In this document: piece by piece, positions 32,878 through 46,468 of the stretch
Numbering within the stretch: position 1 is the stretch's first letter
Layout of the letters: each line of letters opens with the position of its first letter
Assembly: GCF_004010195.1 (NCBI RefSeq)
Contig: NC_057752.1
Span: forward strand, 1,805,976-1,869,975
Reading direction: 5' to 3'
DNA length: 64,000 nt
DNA from: Chiloscyllium plagiosum
Lineage: Eukaryota
Translations under genes and position numbers: made by a program
Notes under the pieces: generated by a model
What the model was told of the DNA's origin: nothing
Databases searched by the model: none
Seen by the model: only the letters and a program-made list of their open reading frames with translations

Positions 32878-33740
32878 CCTGCATTTATACAGCGCCTTTA
32901 ATATAAAGGAGCAGACCACTTCACAGGAGCAAAGTGTCACATCAGGCCCCATGTTCGGTCACATGACCAAAAGCTGAGTCCAAAAGATAGGCTTTGAGGA
33001 GCTTCTTGAAGGAGGAGAGGGTGGGTAGAGAGGCAGGGAGCTTGAGGAAGGCAATTGTAGAGTTTACAACCAAGGCAGCTCAAGGCACAGCCACCAGTGG
33101 TGGAGCAGGTGGAACAGGGAATGCAAAAGAGGCCAGGATTGGAGGAGCCCAGAGATGTCGGAGGATCATGGGGGCTGAAAGAGGTGACAGAGATTGGGAA
33201 GGGGTTGGGGAGGGGCTGAGGGCATGGAGGGGCTTGAAAACAAGGAGAAGAATTCCAATCACAAGCTGCTGCTTGACCTTGTAGGGCAGGGGGAACAAGG
33301 GGTAATAGGGAAATGGGATTGGCTGCGTGATGAAACCTAGGCAGCGGAGATTTGGCTGAGCTCACTTTGGTGAGGGCTAGAATGTTGGGGATCAGCGAAG
33401 AGTCCGTTGGAATATTCTGGTCGCGAGGTCAAAAATGACATGGATGAGGCTGAGCCGAGAGAGGGTGAGGTTGAGTGATCATACTAAAGTAGTGCTCTCA
33501 GTGATACCATGAATACATGAAATTGGAAGCTCATTCCAGGATCGAATATGACACCCAAGATTGGGAACTGTCTGGTTGAATCTCAGACTGTTGCCATGGA
33601 GATGGATGGAGTCAGGAGCTAAGGAATGGAGCGGGCAGGGGCAAGAAAAATGGCTTCCGTCTTCCCAGTGTTTAATAGAGAGGCATTTCTTTGGGGGTAG
33701 ATCTTCATTTTGCTCGATGCTAATAATGATTGTGAGTTTG
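32878..33740 (-). mobile_element. Old L2-type LINE 3' portion, cut by the gap
   Basis: Reverse complement ends TTAAAGGCGCTGTATAAATGC. Fragments read LLNTGKTEAI, NLG, and ILLLVFKPLHALSP. Confidence 0.7.
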
Positions 33741-34240
33741 NNNNNNNNNNNNNNNNNNNNNNNNNNNNNNNNNNNNNNNNNNNNNNNNNNNNNNNNNNNN
33801 NNNNNNNNNNNNNNNNNNNNNNNNNNNNNNNNNNNNNNNNNNNNNNNNNNNNNNNNNNNNNNNNNNNNNNNNNNNNNNNNNNNNNNNNNNNNNNNNNNNN
33901 NNNNNNNNNNNNNNNNNNNNNNNNNNNNNNNNNNNNNNNNNNNNNNNNNNNNNNNNNNNNNNNNNNNNNNNNNNNNNNNNNNNNNNNNNNNNNNNNNNNN
34001 NNNNNNNNNNNNNNNNNNNNNNNNNNNNNNNNNNNNNNNNNNNNNNNNNNNNNNNNNNNNNNNNNNNNNNNNNNNNNNNNNNNNNNNNNNNNNNNNNNNN
34101 NNNNNNNNNNNNNNNNNNNNNNNNNNNNNNNNNNNNNNNNNNNNNNNNNNNNNNNNNNNNNNNNNNNNNNNNNNNNNNNNNNNNNNNNNNNNNNNNNNNN
34201 NNNNNNNNNNNNNNNNNNNNNNNNNNNNNNNNNNNNNNNN
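33741..34240. other. 500-N scaffolding gap
   Basis: Exactly 500 N. Confidence 1.
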
Positions 34241-35029
34241 CTCTTGCTCATTATGAAGGGAGACAAGACTGTGTGAGGTGGCCACCTACTTTATTTCCTG
34301 TCTTCCAATATTCCTGTGGTGGTGTAGGGGACAAATAATTTACCCCTCCATTCCCACAGCACAGAAACATTTGGTCTCAGGAGGTCATTACACAGTATCA
34401 TGAACTGCTGAGTGTAATTGTACAGAAGAGAATCACTCACAAGTTGTAAATCTTTTCATTTTGAAACTGAGAGAAAAACGAAGTTGCCTTCATTAAAATC
34501 TCAGGCATATGAGGGATTCACATCTGGCATTAATCGACAGTACTGAAACACTTCACGCTGTTAATTCTATCGAACCTCAGAGGTTTCACGTTTTCCCACT
34601 TGGAATTGTCCCCAATTAGTTGAGGGTTACTTGCTGTAATTTGTAGGCCTCCCTTGTCCTCACACTCCCAGATTTATACCATGCTTTCAAAATAGTCATT
34701 TTGACAGCCCTGGAACCTACTTAGGGCCAGGTTTCACCTTCATACAACCGAGAGGTTCAGCAGCAGTTGCCTTCACATTTGAAGAGTTCTTTTAGTCGTC
34801 CTTTCCACTGCCTGTCAATGCTGTATGGAACTTGTCTGTACTCTATCCCCCACCATATTGCTCTCATTCAGCCCAATCTTCATTAATCGACATCATTTCC
34901 ATCCCTTAAAATTTCAAATCAACAATGCTCAAACCCTCATGCTCGCAGTCCTCACTACCTATCGCCAAAGTCTTACAAACCTCCTCAACAATCTTCATCC
35001 ATTGGGTTTCTTGTGATTCCACAAGTCCA

Positions 35030-35325
35030 AGCTGTGCCTCCATCGAGAAGGACAAGGATAGGAGATGGATAGGAACGCCACCCCCTGCAAGTTCCCTCCG
35101 AGCCACTCATTGTCCTGACGTGGAAATCTATCGCCGTTCCTTCACTGACGTTGGGTCAAAATCCTGGAATTCCCTCCCTAAGGTCATTGTGGGTCTACCT
35201 ACAGCAGGCGGACTGCAGCAGTTCAACAAGGCAGCTCACCCCCACCTTCTCAAGAGGCAACTACAGGTGGGCGATAAATGTTGGCCCAACCAATGATGCC
35301 CACATCCCAGGAACAAATAAATGAA
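35030..35325 (+). mobile_element. 3' end of the LINE family at 2127-5126
   Basis: EIYRRSFTDVGSKSWNSLP..IVG.PTAGGLQQFNKAAH.HLLK plus tail. Confidence 0.8.
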
Positions 35326-35579
35326 GCCACGTAGGACGCACAATGTACAAGGCTCTTGCTAAATCTCCCTGCTTCCTTGGAGACCCTCCACCTGCCTCCA
35401 TAATCTTCTTTTGTGACTGATCTCCAAATTATTTATTTGATTACACTGTGGTAAACTGCCTGAGATATTCTTTGATGTTAAACTTGCGAAACAAATGCAA
35501 GTTGTAGCTTTTACTGTTCAAAACAAACACAGACCTATTGATGTATTTGCATAGTGCTTTTACCAGAATGAAATGTCTC

Positions 35580-35760
35580 AAAGTAAACATGGAAAATCGG
35601 AGCGGGAGTAGGCCATTCGGCCCTTCAGGCTTGCTTACTTCAGAGGAATCTTCCGATGCAAATTGTGACACCAAGCTAATTAAAGGGATATTTGGACAGT
35701 TGAGGAGGTCAGTTTGAAAGACTGTCTAAAGGAAGGAAACTGAGGTAGACGGAGGTGTGT
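35580..35760. repeat. 181-bp segment duplicated at 36708-36888 (offset 1128)
   Basis: AAAGTAAACATGGAAAATCGGAG...GGTAGACGGAGGTGTGT is near-identical at both positions. Confidence 0.9.
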
Positions 35761-36742
35761 AGGGAGGGAATTCCAGAGATTAGGGCCTCAGTAGCTGAAG
35801 GCCTGGTAACTGTGCACTGATACAAATTGGGGACATTGAAGAGACCAGTGTTGCACACTAATCCTTGCTGAACAAATTAAGAATGAAATACCTTTTCTAT
35901 TTATAGAACAGGCTGGAAGAAAGCAACGTGGCATTCTATTTGGTTCTTTGACTCTGTGTTTGGTTCCTACTGTTTGGACATCCATTAAATAGCCGAAACA
36001 CGGTCAAGGCAAATGGCTGTGTTAATGCTGTTGATATGACCACTTATTATACTGTGCAAGAAAACAATATCTTCACTCATGACGAGGTGTTGTTCACTTG
36101 CGTCGGAAATTGTTCTGAGCACTGAAAAGATTAAACCCGATTATCACTTTAGATTAAATTGCCATGGTAGATCAATCAAATTGAAGAATAATTTGAGGCT
36201 TTAGCGCAGACGATCCTTTCCTCAATGAGCGATCCCCATGCAAAATAGATTTCCGCACAGAGTGTACAAATGTTGGATCATTTAAGAAACACTTGGATGT
36301 TCATTGGGACAGTGACCTAACGCATCCATATCTCTCCTGAGATGAAAGGTTCAACCTTAAATCGAACTTTTCCTTAAAAAGGGATTGACGCCCAAATGGG
36401 AAAGAGTTTCTTTTTATTACATTAGGGGCTAGAAGTCACGTTGCACAGTGCACATTTAATTGGACACTCCTCAGCTACCCAATGCCAGAAAATGCCGAGC
36501 AGGAAGCATGCTCATGTGCCAAGCATGCATCATATTGGCTGGGGACAATCCCGAGTTTTCTGCCTATTCAGAACCCTTTGTTGTGGCATCACAACAGCCT
36601 TGCCTGGTTAAAGGATTCCACAAACAGGTCCATGCCACAAGTTGTACTGTGTGGTAAGTACCTTCCTCAGTCCAAGAGATGACCAGAAGAAGAAAGAAGG
36701 ACAATCGAAAGTAAGCATGGAAAATCGGAGTGGGAGTACGCT

Positions 36743-37639
36743 ATTCGGCCCTTCAGGCTTGCTTACTTCAGAGGAATCTTACGATGCAAATTGTGACACC
36801 AAGCTAATTAAAGGGATATTTGGACAGTTGAGGAGGTCAGTTTGAAAGACTGTCTAAAGGAAGGAAACTGAGGTAGACGGAGGTGTGTCTCGCTAGCTGC
36901 TGCTAAGAGTTCTGCAGAGGCAAATACAGCGTCTAAGACACTTTTAAGGCTTCTGCTACAAAATATTCGTTTCCTTGAGGTATCCAAAGCCATTGGCTCC
37001 TAACTGGATGTGAATGAAGCCAGAACCTCCTAAAACCATCTCCCCAACTCCCTCTGCTAACCCTTCATTCCCAGTTTGTTCCAGCTCTCCAGAGCCTCAC
37101 CACCCACTTTCCCCCATTCCCTTATCCCCACTCTGGATCCCATGGCTCCATAATCTCAACCCCCAAGACCCACCACCTTCCCTCCCCAAAGCCATTCGGC
37201 CCTTCAGGCTTGCTTACTTCAGAGGAATCTTCCGATGCAAATTGTGACACCAAGCTAATTAAAGGGATATTTGAACAGTTGAGGAGGTCAGTTTGAAAGA
37301 CTGTTTAAAGGAAGGAAACTGAGGTAGATGGAGGTGTGTCTCGCTAGATGCTGCTAAGAGTTCTGCAGAGGCAAATACAGCGTCTAAGACACCTTTAAGG
37401 CTTCTGCTACAAAATATTCGTTTCCTTGAGGTATCCAAAGCCATTGGCTCCTAACTGGATGTGAATGAAGCCAGAACCTCCTAAAACCATCTCCCCAACT
37501 GCCTCTGCTAACCCTTCATTCCCAGTTTGTTCCAGCTCTCCAGAGCCTCACCACCCACTTTCCCCCATTCCCTTATCCCCACTCTGGATCCCATGGCTCC
37601 ATAATCTCAACCCCCAAGACCCACCACCTTCCCTCCCCA
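36743..37639. repeat. Tandem duplication, 451-bp period, two near-identical units
   Basis: ATTCGGCCC at 36743 and 37194; ends at 37188 and 37639. The paired ORFs 36808/37259 and 37014/37465 are offset by 451. Confidence 0.95.
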
Positions 37640-38069
37640 CCGAACATCAGTTTCCAAACCAAGTGCAATCAGGATCCCAGCATTTTCCAAAGTTCTCCAC
37701 ACTGGCACCCACATGGCTTGGAGACCACAATAATCAGCCCAGTGTTGTGGGGGTGTTTACAGGCCAGGGCAAAGTGTTGCTTTCAAACAACTCCAACACA
37801 ATATGAATCCCTCCCAGATCGCAAGTCTTTCTTCCTGTCTCAGTCAAATGGATCCATTATTTCCCCCTGCTTATTTGAGCTCAGGTAACATAACAGTGCC
37901 CAATCACAAGGACTGGACACATTTTCCTCAACATTACTTACCTGTTAGGCACTGGAGGTATTTTCCTGTTCGATTTCAGTCAAGGTCAATAAGCTGAATT
38001 GCCTCTTTCTACACTGTTACACTTTTGCGATTCTGACGACTAACTATTGTCTTCCTTACATTGTATTTC

Positions 38070-38790
38070 ACAGAATCCTTACAGTATGCAAACAAGCCAT
38101 TCAGCCCAACAAGACCACACCAACTCTTTAAAGAGCATCCCACCCAGACTTACTCCCCTACCTTATCTCCGTAACCCTGCATTTCGCATGGCCAATCCAC
38201 CCTAACCTGCACATCCCTGGGCACTATGGGGCAAGTTAACATGGCCAATCCACCCTAACCTGCATATCCCTGGACACTATGGGGCAATTTAGCATGGACA
38301 ATCCGCCCTAACCTGCACATCCCTGGGCACTATGGGGCAATTTAGCATGGCCAATCCACCCTAACCTACACATCCCTGGGCACTATGGGGCAATTTAGCA
38401 TGGCCAATCCACCCTAACCGACACATCCCTGGGCACGATGGGACAATGTAGCATGGCCAATCCACCCTAACCTACACATCCCTGGACACTATGGGGCAAT
38501 TTAGCATGGCCAATCCGCCCTAACCGACACATCCCTGGGCACTATGGGGCATTTTAGCATGGCCAATCCACCCTAACCTGCACATCCCTGGGCACTATGG
38601 GACAATTTAGCATGGCCAATCCACCCAACCTGCACATCTTTGGATTGTGGGAAGAAACCGGAGCACCTGGAGGAAACCAGTGCAGTCACGGAGAGAATGT
38701 GCAAACTCCACACAGACAGTCGCCCGAGGGTGGGATTGAACCCGGGGCCCTGGCGCTGTGAGGCAGCAGTGCTAACCATGAAGCCACCAT
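38070..38790 (-). mobile_element. HE1-type SINE with an internal 53-bp unit amplified about 8.5 times (38187-38640)
   Basis: SINE head at 38790-38700. CATGG starts at 38187, 38240, 38293, 38346, 38399, 38452, 38505, 38558, 38611. Confidence 0.92.
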
Positions 38791-39029
38791 CCCACCCCGA
38801 ATCTACCTGGAAAAAAAAACCCGAATTTGGTTTTCATTTTGCACCAATGTTTTGGTCCAGAAACGCAGCTCCAAGGCTGCTTCCCACACTTGACTTCAAA
38901 GATACAAGAATAGATTTTGACTGTTGAGTGCCCTCATTGCTGGCCATTCTGGCAACAAAGAAACCACCGTGGTTTTAAGGCCTACATTGGCTTCATTTGA
39001 ATCCAACCAGCAATCTATGATTTTTTTTT

Positions 39030-39597
39030 AAATCGTGGGACATGGGCATCATTGGCTAATACATTTATTGCCCATCCCTTATAGCTGAGGGGGAAGTTAA
39101 GAGTCAACCACATTGCTGTGGGCCTGGAGTCACATGTAGGCCAGACTAGATAAGGATGGCAGTTTCCTTCCCTAAAGGACATTAGTGAACCAGATGGGTC
39201 TTTCCAACAATGGTTTTGTGGTTATCATTAGACTCTTAATTCCAGAGTCTTATTAAATTCAAACTTCACCATGGTGGAATTCAAAGCCAGGACTGTAGTG
39301 ATTGTAATGAGGGCAGCCAGCTGAACATCATAGAATATGAGTTCCCTGATTAGGGCTGTTAATCCGGTCCAATCAGGGAGCGCTGGCTGACATAAAACAA
39401 TGAACATCAGGGATATTAGGCCCCTAAATGCCTGACTCAGTCAGAGGCAGTGCTATTGTCAAAGGCTGCGCATTTGTAAGTAAAGGGTGATGCGTGATGG
39501 GATGTCAGCCTCTGAAGAATTATTTCACAGGCCGAGAACAGTACCTGAATTTAGTAATTAATAGTCGAGCAATAATACCACTAAGCTAACACCTCCC
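39030..39597 (-). mobile_element. tRNA-headed SINE (head and tail of the 2127-5126 LINE family) interrupted by a solo LTR
   Basis: Reverse complement: GGGAGGTGTTAGCTTAGTGG..., then CATCTGGTTCACTAATGTCCTTTAGGGAAGG...GACTCTTAACTTCCCCCTCAG joined to GGGATGGGCAATAAATG. Confidence 0.75.
39294..39527 (+). mobile_element. Probable solo LTR (234 bp)
   Basis: TG...CA termini, flanks CAGGAC/CAGGCC (imperfect TSD), internal CCAAT, ATAAAA and AGTAAA. It interrupts the SINE at its box B. Confidence 0.6.
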
Positions 39598-41254
39598 TAT
39601 TAAATGCTAAATGAGTATCTTGAGATAGCTGTCAGGTTTTAAGGCATAGGACTGTCAGCCAGCTAGCAAGCTAGTGGCATCTTGTCCATGGGTCACACAA
39701 AATAGATGCCAACTGTTAATATATTGTTTTGTTGGTAAAGAGATAGGACCTAATCAACTAGGAACCAATTGTATGTGTAAATGTTCCAGTGGGCCACATT
39801 TCACGGCTGCACTGGAGCATCAGTGGGCCTAGGCAGTCTTCTGACTAGGAAGCATAGTCATTAGAGTAAAGATAGCGTTCTCATCTACCAGGCTTAAAAT
39901 GATTATTTCAAACATCTGGGCGCCAAAAGATAACCAGAAATCATAATGCCAGCTTAGCTATGAGTCTCTTTGGCTGGACTGCCAATATGTGAACACTAAT
40001 TTAAAGAAAAGACAATTGCATTTTCAGTTCAGAATCTTCTTTTAATCCTGTGTAACATTGCTTTGAAATACAGCCACTTGCTCTGAGGTAGACCAATACA
40101 GATCAAAACTGATATTCAAAAGACATGAAATAAATATTTTGCTCAGAATACATACCAATGAGGTAGAAATGGTTATAGTACAATGTGAAGCCTATACAAG
40201 GATAACGTTTCTGAAAGAAGTATTTTAGGAACCAGTGCTTTGAATACATGAACATGTTTTATCCTCATACATACCATCACTCAATTCTTTCAAAAAGTGA
40301 CAGAGTCGAGAGATGAAAATCTGTTTGACAGTGATAAGGTTGGGTGTTCCATGTTTTCACTGCTGCGCACTTGGAGATCATAACCACTTGCTGCATAAAA
40401 AAAGATTTGCACGTCATCGTTGCATCGCTGCTCTCTGCTTCTTGATGTTTCTACAATAGGAACAGTTTCTCCCTGTCCACTCCTTCCAGTCCCCTCATGA
40501 TTTCGAACACCAAGATCAAACGTCCCTCTCAGGGAGAACAGCCCCAGCTTCCCCTGAAGTTCCTCATCTCTATAACCATCCTGTTCTACCCCCACGACAG
40601 GATCTTCTCATTGTACAATGTTTACTTTGGCGTTGGATTTACTGAGCAATTCTACCCATGAATCCTCCTTTTTCGTTACCTCAAATTTCGTACCAGCCAG
40701 TTAATGAGACAGAGATGTACATATCGAGACACAGACAAGCCAAGGTGATGGCTGAAGTTTCTGTCAGGCTGAATGGAGGGGTGGGGCTACATCCATTAGG
40801 CCCTGTCCACCCCCCCCCCACCCCCACCCCCACCGATTCAGATCCCTGTCATCAGAAACCCCACCAATCAGAGGTCTGTGGCTCATCATCAATACCAGCG
40901 CTCAGGGAAGAGGTGGCTGCTGGGAGAACCACACCCATCAATAATGGGGCAAGGAGGGAATGAGTGAAGGGGATTTGGAGGGACAGGGGTGGCACTCTCC
41001 CTTCCTGATCCTGGGATGTCCCCACCCCCACTCCAACTGAATACACGATGCCTCCTTTACACATACCATCTCCCCTCACACCCCTCCCCATCCACCAGAG
41101 CAAATGCAATAGCTCTCACTGGTCACCTTTCTGAGGGCACAGGGGATCTCTGAGCCGTCCTGGACTAATGGTGCCGTCAGGGACAACGGATGTGAATCTG
41201 CTCATCAGGAAGTTAAATTATCAATGTTTCCTGGTGAAGGCTATGCCTAACTGA

Positions 41255-41500
41255 ATCATAGAATCCCTACAGTGCAAAATGAGGCAATTTAGCCCATTGG
41301 GTCTGCATAGACTCTCTGAAGAGCATCTCACCCAGACCAAGCTCCTAACCCTATTCCCACAGCCAATCCACCCTAACCCGACATCTTTGGATTGTGGGAG
41401 GAAACCAGAGCACCCGGAGGAAGCCTGCACAGACACAGGGAGAACATACAAACTCCACACAGACAGTCACCCGAGGCTGGAATCGAACCTGGGTCCCTGC
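41255..41500 (-). mobile_element. HE1-type SINE (5' truncated, diverged)
   Basis: GGTTCGATTCCAGCC box B, core, and tail ACTGTAGGGATTCTATGATTC on the minus strand. Confidence 0.8.
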
Positions 41501-42194
41501 CACTCTGCTGCACCTATTTTATTTGGATATGAACTGTATTAATAATCTTTCACAAAGCTGCTAAATATCAGAATGCCACTCTGTCCTAATTATTTCACTG
41601 TTGGTCATTTTCAGTCAATATTCACTCAAGGAGCACAAAAGCCTTTACATTTGAATTAAAGATTAAACAAAAATGTTAGTTCTAACATACATTTATACGA
41701 ATTAAGAGGAATGACTCAACCTTGTTCTGCCATTCAGTAAGATTATTGTCCTGTTCCACTTGGGGCCGCAAATCCACATTCCCACCTAGCCCTGATAACC
41801 TTTGACTTCTCTGCTTGTTTACCTCAGCTTTCAAAATATTTGACAATATTTTGTGAAACTTCCAGCTCTGGCTACCCACACAGGGTACAACTGATGATCC
41901 CCGACACAGAATTGAAACATAAACCCCCTTTTCGGAGTGTTCCTCATCTTCCAGTTAGACAAACAGAGGGGAAGAGTGAAGGAGCATTCCAGGAGTGTTA
42001 TAACGCAACAGCACTCTGTATACCAACACAGAAAATGCTGGAGAAACTCAACAGGTCTGGCACCATCTGTGGAGAGAGAAACAGAGTTAAGATTTCGAGT
42101 CCAGTGACCCTCTATTTTCACACTTCTTATAATTCAGTGATGCCAGTAATCTGTTAGGAGAGAGATTAATGCACTTCTGGGGCACGTTGCATGA

Positions 42195-42700
42195 TAAGAC
42201 CATAAGCCATAAGAAATAGGAGCAGAATTTGGCCATTTGGCCCGTCAAGTCTGCTCCAGCATTCAATCATGGCTGATATGTTTCTCAACCCCATTCTCCT
42301 GCCTTCTCCCCATAACCCTTGATCCCCTTACTAATCAATAATCTAGCCATCTCTGTCTTAAAGTCACTCTACAGCCTACTGTGGCAATAATTCTGAGGCT
42401 GTGCCATTGGGTCCTAGTCTCTCCTACCTGTGAAAGCGTCTTCTTCATGTCCACTCTATCCAGGCCTCTCAGTACTCAGTAAGTTTCATTTAGATCCCCC
42501 CCCCACCCCACCTATCCTTCTAAACTCCATTGAGTACAGACACAGAGTCCTCAACCAGTCCTCATATGGCAAGCCCTTCATCTCCAAGATCATTCTTGTA
42601 AAGCTCGTATACTCCCTCTCCACATCAGCACATCGTTCTTTGGATACAGGGCTCAAAACTGCTCACAATATTCCAAATGCAGTTGGCTTGACCAGAGGCT
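42195..42700 (-). mobile_element. CR1 LINE 3' fragments
   Basis: CATAAGACCATAAG tail and CCATTCTCCTGCCTTCTCCCCATAACCCTTGATCCCCTTACTAATCAA 3'UTR. Confidence 0.75.
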
Positions 42701-44904
42701 TGGAACTATGATCTCCACAGTCATGGTGACAATAGTCTGGGTCTGCATGGCAACCAGAGTGGATCACATAAGTGCAGTCTGAACTACCACTATAATACTG
42801 AGAGGTGACCTCTGCCTATGCTGCAATGGAAACTGAGATAGTGACTACCGGACACTGCTTGATAGCTGGGCATGTCACCACTTCTGTGCTGGACCACTAG
42901 AGGAAGATGTTATGGAGTACCATCTCTGCTGTACAGTGCAGGAGACAAAGGTGTGTCTTGTATGCCACCCTCTCTGGCTGTGTGCCTGGCAAGCGAGAGG
43001 AAGCAATGTCAATGATCTTATTACACCGTGTTTTGGTGATACATCTGCCAGGGCTGAATGCCTGGCATATGTGGGCACAGTAAGGTGTGGATGGCAAAAC
43101 TGGAGTGGAGTATCTGAATGTTAACCCTGAGTGCTGGGTGCCAGAGGGTGCTGCAGGGTGAGTGATAGGGTGTAGGACTGTGCTGTGCTCCATGGAGAGA
43201 TGGGAGAGGCTGTTGGTGTTTTGGCTAGATGCATTCACTGACCTTGACCATTCACTGAGCTTGTTCCAGCACTGCTTCCAGGTCCTACAGGAGGGACACC
43301 AGGAGTTCACTTCTCTGGTCACTTGATCCTATTCACTTCACAGGATATGCCCAGAGGGAGACTCCATGCCCCTGTGGAAACACAGTTTCTCACCTTCTCT
43401 ACCTTACTAAGGCCTTCAGGGCCTCAACCAAGAATGTGTGAACTCTCTTCTCAAATGGATGGTCAATTTGTCTTATTCCCACTTACAGACAACTGCATTA
43501 CTGGCAATCAGCAGCAGTTTATTTTCAATTTCTGCAAATTCCTTTTAAGAGGGAATATGGAGTTTGGAAGAACATGGAATTATTCATTTGGAGAGTATAT
43601 CCTGTGTTTTCTAAAGTCTTTCTGGGATGAATGGTGTTTTGCTGCCATTGTTTCCAAATTACCAGGAGCCGGTCGATGTTATGAGTTGCCACCACCATTG
43701 AATATTGTGAATTCTATCTTCAGTGCCAATGAGGTGACTGCATCTACACAAATGAAAAAACATCTCCCGGTTTGCAGGTCTTCCTTCTGATGTGATTCAA
43801 AACGTTTCAAGTGCAGAAGGTGGCCATTTGGCTCATTGTGATTGTCCCATCCCAACTTATTTTTTAAAACTTGCTCATGGGGCATGGACATCATTGAATG
43901 GGCCCAGCATTTATTGCCCCATCCCTAGTTGCCCCCTTGAGAAGGTGGGGGTGAGCTGCCTTCTAGAACCGCTGCAGTCCATGTGCTGGAGGTTGACCCA
44001 CAATGCCTTTCGATGGGGATTTCCAGGATTTTGACCCAACCGGAGTCAATGTTGCCAACTCATCTCACCTAACTGTGCTTTTCCATATCTGTTTGTCTTT
44101 AAATTTTGGCGAATACGTAAGTATGCAGCTCCTTTACAAATGAAAGCATAATCGCTGTTTAACTAAGCATAGTAATATAGTGCTGAAAAGCAGGAGAAGG
44201 CTATTCACCCTTACAGGCTACTTTGCCATGGGTGATCTGGCTGTGGTTCTAAACTCCACTTTCCTGTCTCTCTCTCCCCACATACCCTTCCCCTCCTTGT
44301 TCACCAATTCTGGTAAATAATTCATTTTATGTTCTAATGACTCTCTGTACAAACAAACCCTCTTTGTTCAAGGGAGAATTTTTCATTGATTCCAACTGCA
44401 ATAAAAGACACTGGGAACAGAGACACTACAACTCATTTTGAGATGCCTGATAATGCAATTCTTACTCCAATAACGGAGAATTGTCAGAAGGTCATTTCTG
44501 GAACGAAGCATGCTTAAAATAATTTGAATTTGTCTGCTGCTGGAGCAGTTTCAACACAATACAAGGAGGAATGGGTGTGATGGATTATTTTTGGATGAGG
44601 ATGTCAAACGGCAGTCCCCATCTCTATCCAATTTGTGAAACGTAAGCCTTACCTTCATGGAGTTTAATCAGGACAAAGAGTTCAACTAGTAAAATTGTAA
44701 TTCAACCATAAACTCAACTCTTAAAAAACAAGCAATAAGATTCCATTTTAAATATGCATCTCGTACATCATTAAACCCACTCTACTTAATCTGTATCTTT
44801 CACTGGAATACCTATTTCCTGGAAGACCAATTCATGTGTTCCTACATTTTCCAAATTTTGCCTTCTGTTTTGCAGTACTGAATGCTTAGGTATGTGAATA
44901 TGCC

Positions 44905-45740
44905 AAAGGACACAAGAACTAGGAGCAGGAGTAGGCCATTCAGTCCCTCAAACCTGCTCTGCCATTTAACACAACAGTGACTCATCTCAACTTGGCCTCA
45001 ATTCCACTTCTTTGCCCGTTCTGCATAGCTCTTCAATCCATTATTAATTTTAAAAATCTCCTCCTTCTGTTTACTCAATGTCCCAGCATCCACCGCACTC
45101 TGAGATAGTGAATTCTACACATCACAACCATTCAAGGGAAGTAACTCCTTCTCAGCTGTTTTAAATCTGCGACCCCTTATCCTAAAACATTCTGCACCGC
45201 CCCACAAGGGGAAACATCCTCTCTACGTCTACTTTATCAATCCCCTTTCCCATTTTATACACCTTAATTAGATCTCTCATCCTTCTAAACACTAGCAAAT
45301 AGATGCCTAAACTGTTCAATCTCTCCTCATGAGACAAGCCTTTCATCTCTGGAATTAATCAAGTGAACGACCTCCAATGCCAGTGATTTTGTCTTTCTCT
45401 TGAAGGAATACAACTGTGCTTGTTAATTTATACGGACTGTGTCGATTTGTGTGGCGTAAAGGGGGAAGGTGATATAGACTTTGTTGTTGGTCTTGATTTT
45501 TTTTTAGATGAAAAACAACCTGAGCTGGTATAAGGATGAAGGTTAGATTTAGTTGCTTGCAACAGAGTGTCTTTAAGACAAAGTTGGATTGGGTCTTGAT
45601 TGCTAAGTAGATTAAGGGTTTTGGGGAGAAGGCAGGAGAATGGGGGTTGAGAAACATATCAGCCACGATCGAATGATGAAACAGGCTCAATGGCCGAATG
45701 GTCTAATTCCATTCTTCTACCTTATGGTCGTATGACTTAT
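44905..45740. mobile_element. Two opposed CR1 3' fragments (44905-45355 minus, 45565-45740 plus)
   Basis: AGAACTAGGAGCAGGAGTAGGCCATTCAG and GGGGAGAAGGCAGGAGAATGGGGGTTGAGAAACATATCAGCC tails. Confidence 0.7.
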
Positions 45741-46468
45741 AATGCAATAAATAGTTAGAAACTTCATCTCTACTTGATGCTCCACATTAAGGGGTTTTAT
45801 ATCTGTGTAAATATCTTTTGAAATTTATTTTTGAAGCTTATCTTCAGAGGAGTAGCAAAAGGCAGTGGTATCCTATTTTAGCAAACCAGTGACCACTGAC
45901 AACGCATAGCCAGGCCAATGACAGGATTAAAATGAAAGCAAAATCCTGCAGACGCTGGAAATCTGAAATAAAAACAGCAAGTGTTGCAGAAGCTCAGCAC
46001 ATTTGGCAGCATCTGTGGAAAACAAAATCAGAGTTAACATTTCCAACAAAGGTCCTAGACCTGAAATATTGATGCTGTTTCACTTTTCATAGATGCCTTG
46101 AAAAGCTGACCAAAAACATGCCAAAACGTGGCCTGTGATGCAATTGAATTAAACATTTAAAAACAATGCTTACTTAACAATGTTTCCAGCAGGGATTTGA
46201 AATGTCACCGCTTGTACGTATTATTTTACTAATTCTAGGCTTGTTTCAATATATTTTGCTCTCCAATGCAATATTACAGGGTTTTTTTAAATGTAGAATT
46301 CTGGAACAAAAATAATATAACCGTGTTGTTTTAATCAGAAAATAAATGCAGTTTTTTTACGTATCCTGTACTTTGTAAAACTTCAATCATAATGAGAAGG
46401 AAAGGTAAAGTGACGCTGATGTGCTGTAACAGTGATGAATAATCATTGCTGAAGAAAAACCTTCTTGC

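Noticed and set aside
32640..32880. Candidate for the missing upstream integrin calf-2 exon
   Set aside because: It lacks the expected W...NGKWLLY motif and convincing splice sites.
30776..34285. Long ORFs of 188-539 aa in the ORF track (also at 3255-3978 and 54032-54901)
   Set aside because: They are artefacts of translating through N-gaps.
37936..37944. Perfect minus-strand donor CAG|GTAAGT
   Set aside because: The preceding sequence has stops in all three frames and is not integrin-like. A non-coding exon cannot be supported from sequence alone.
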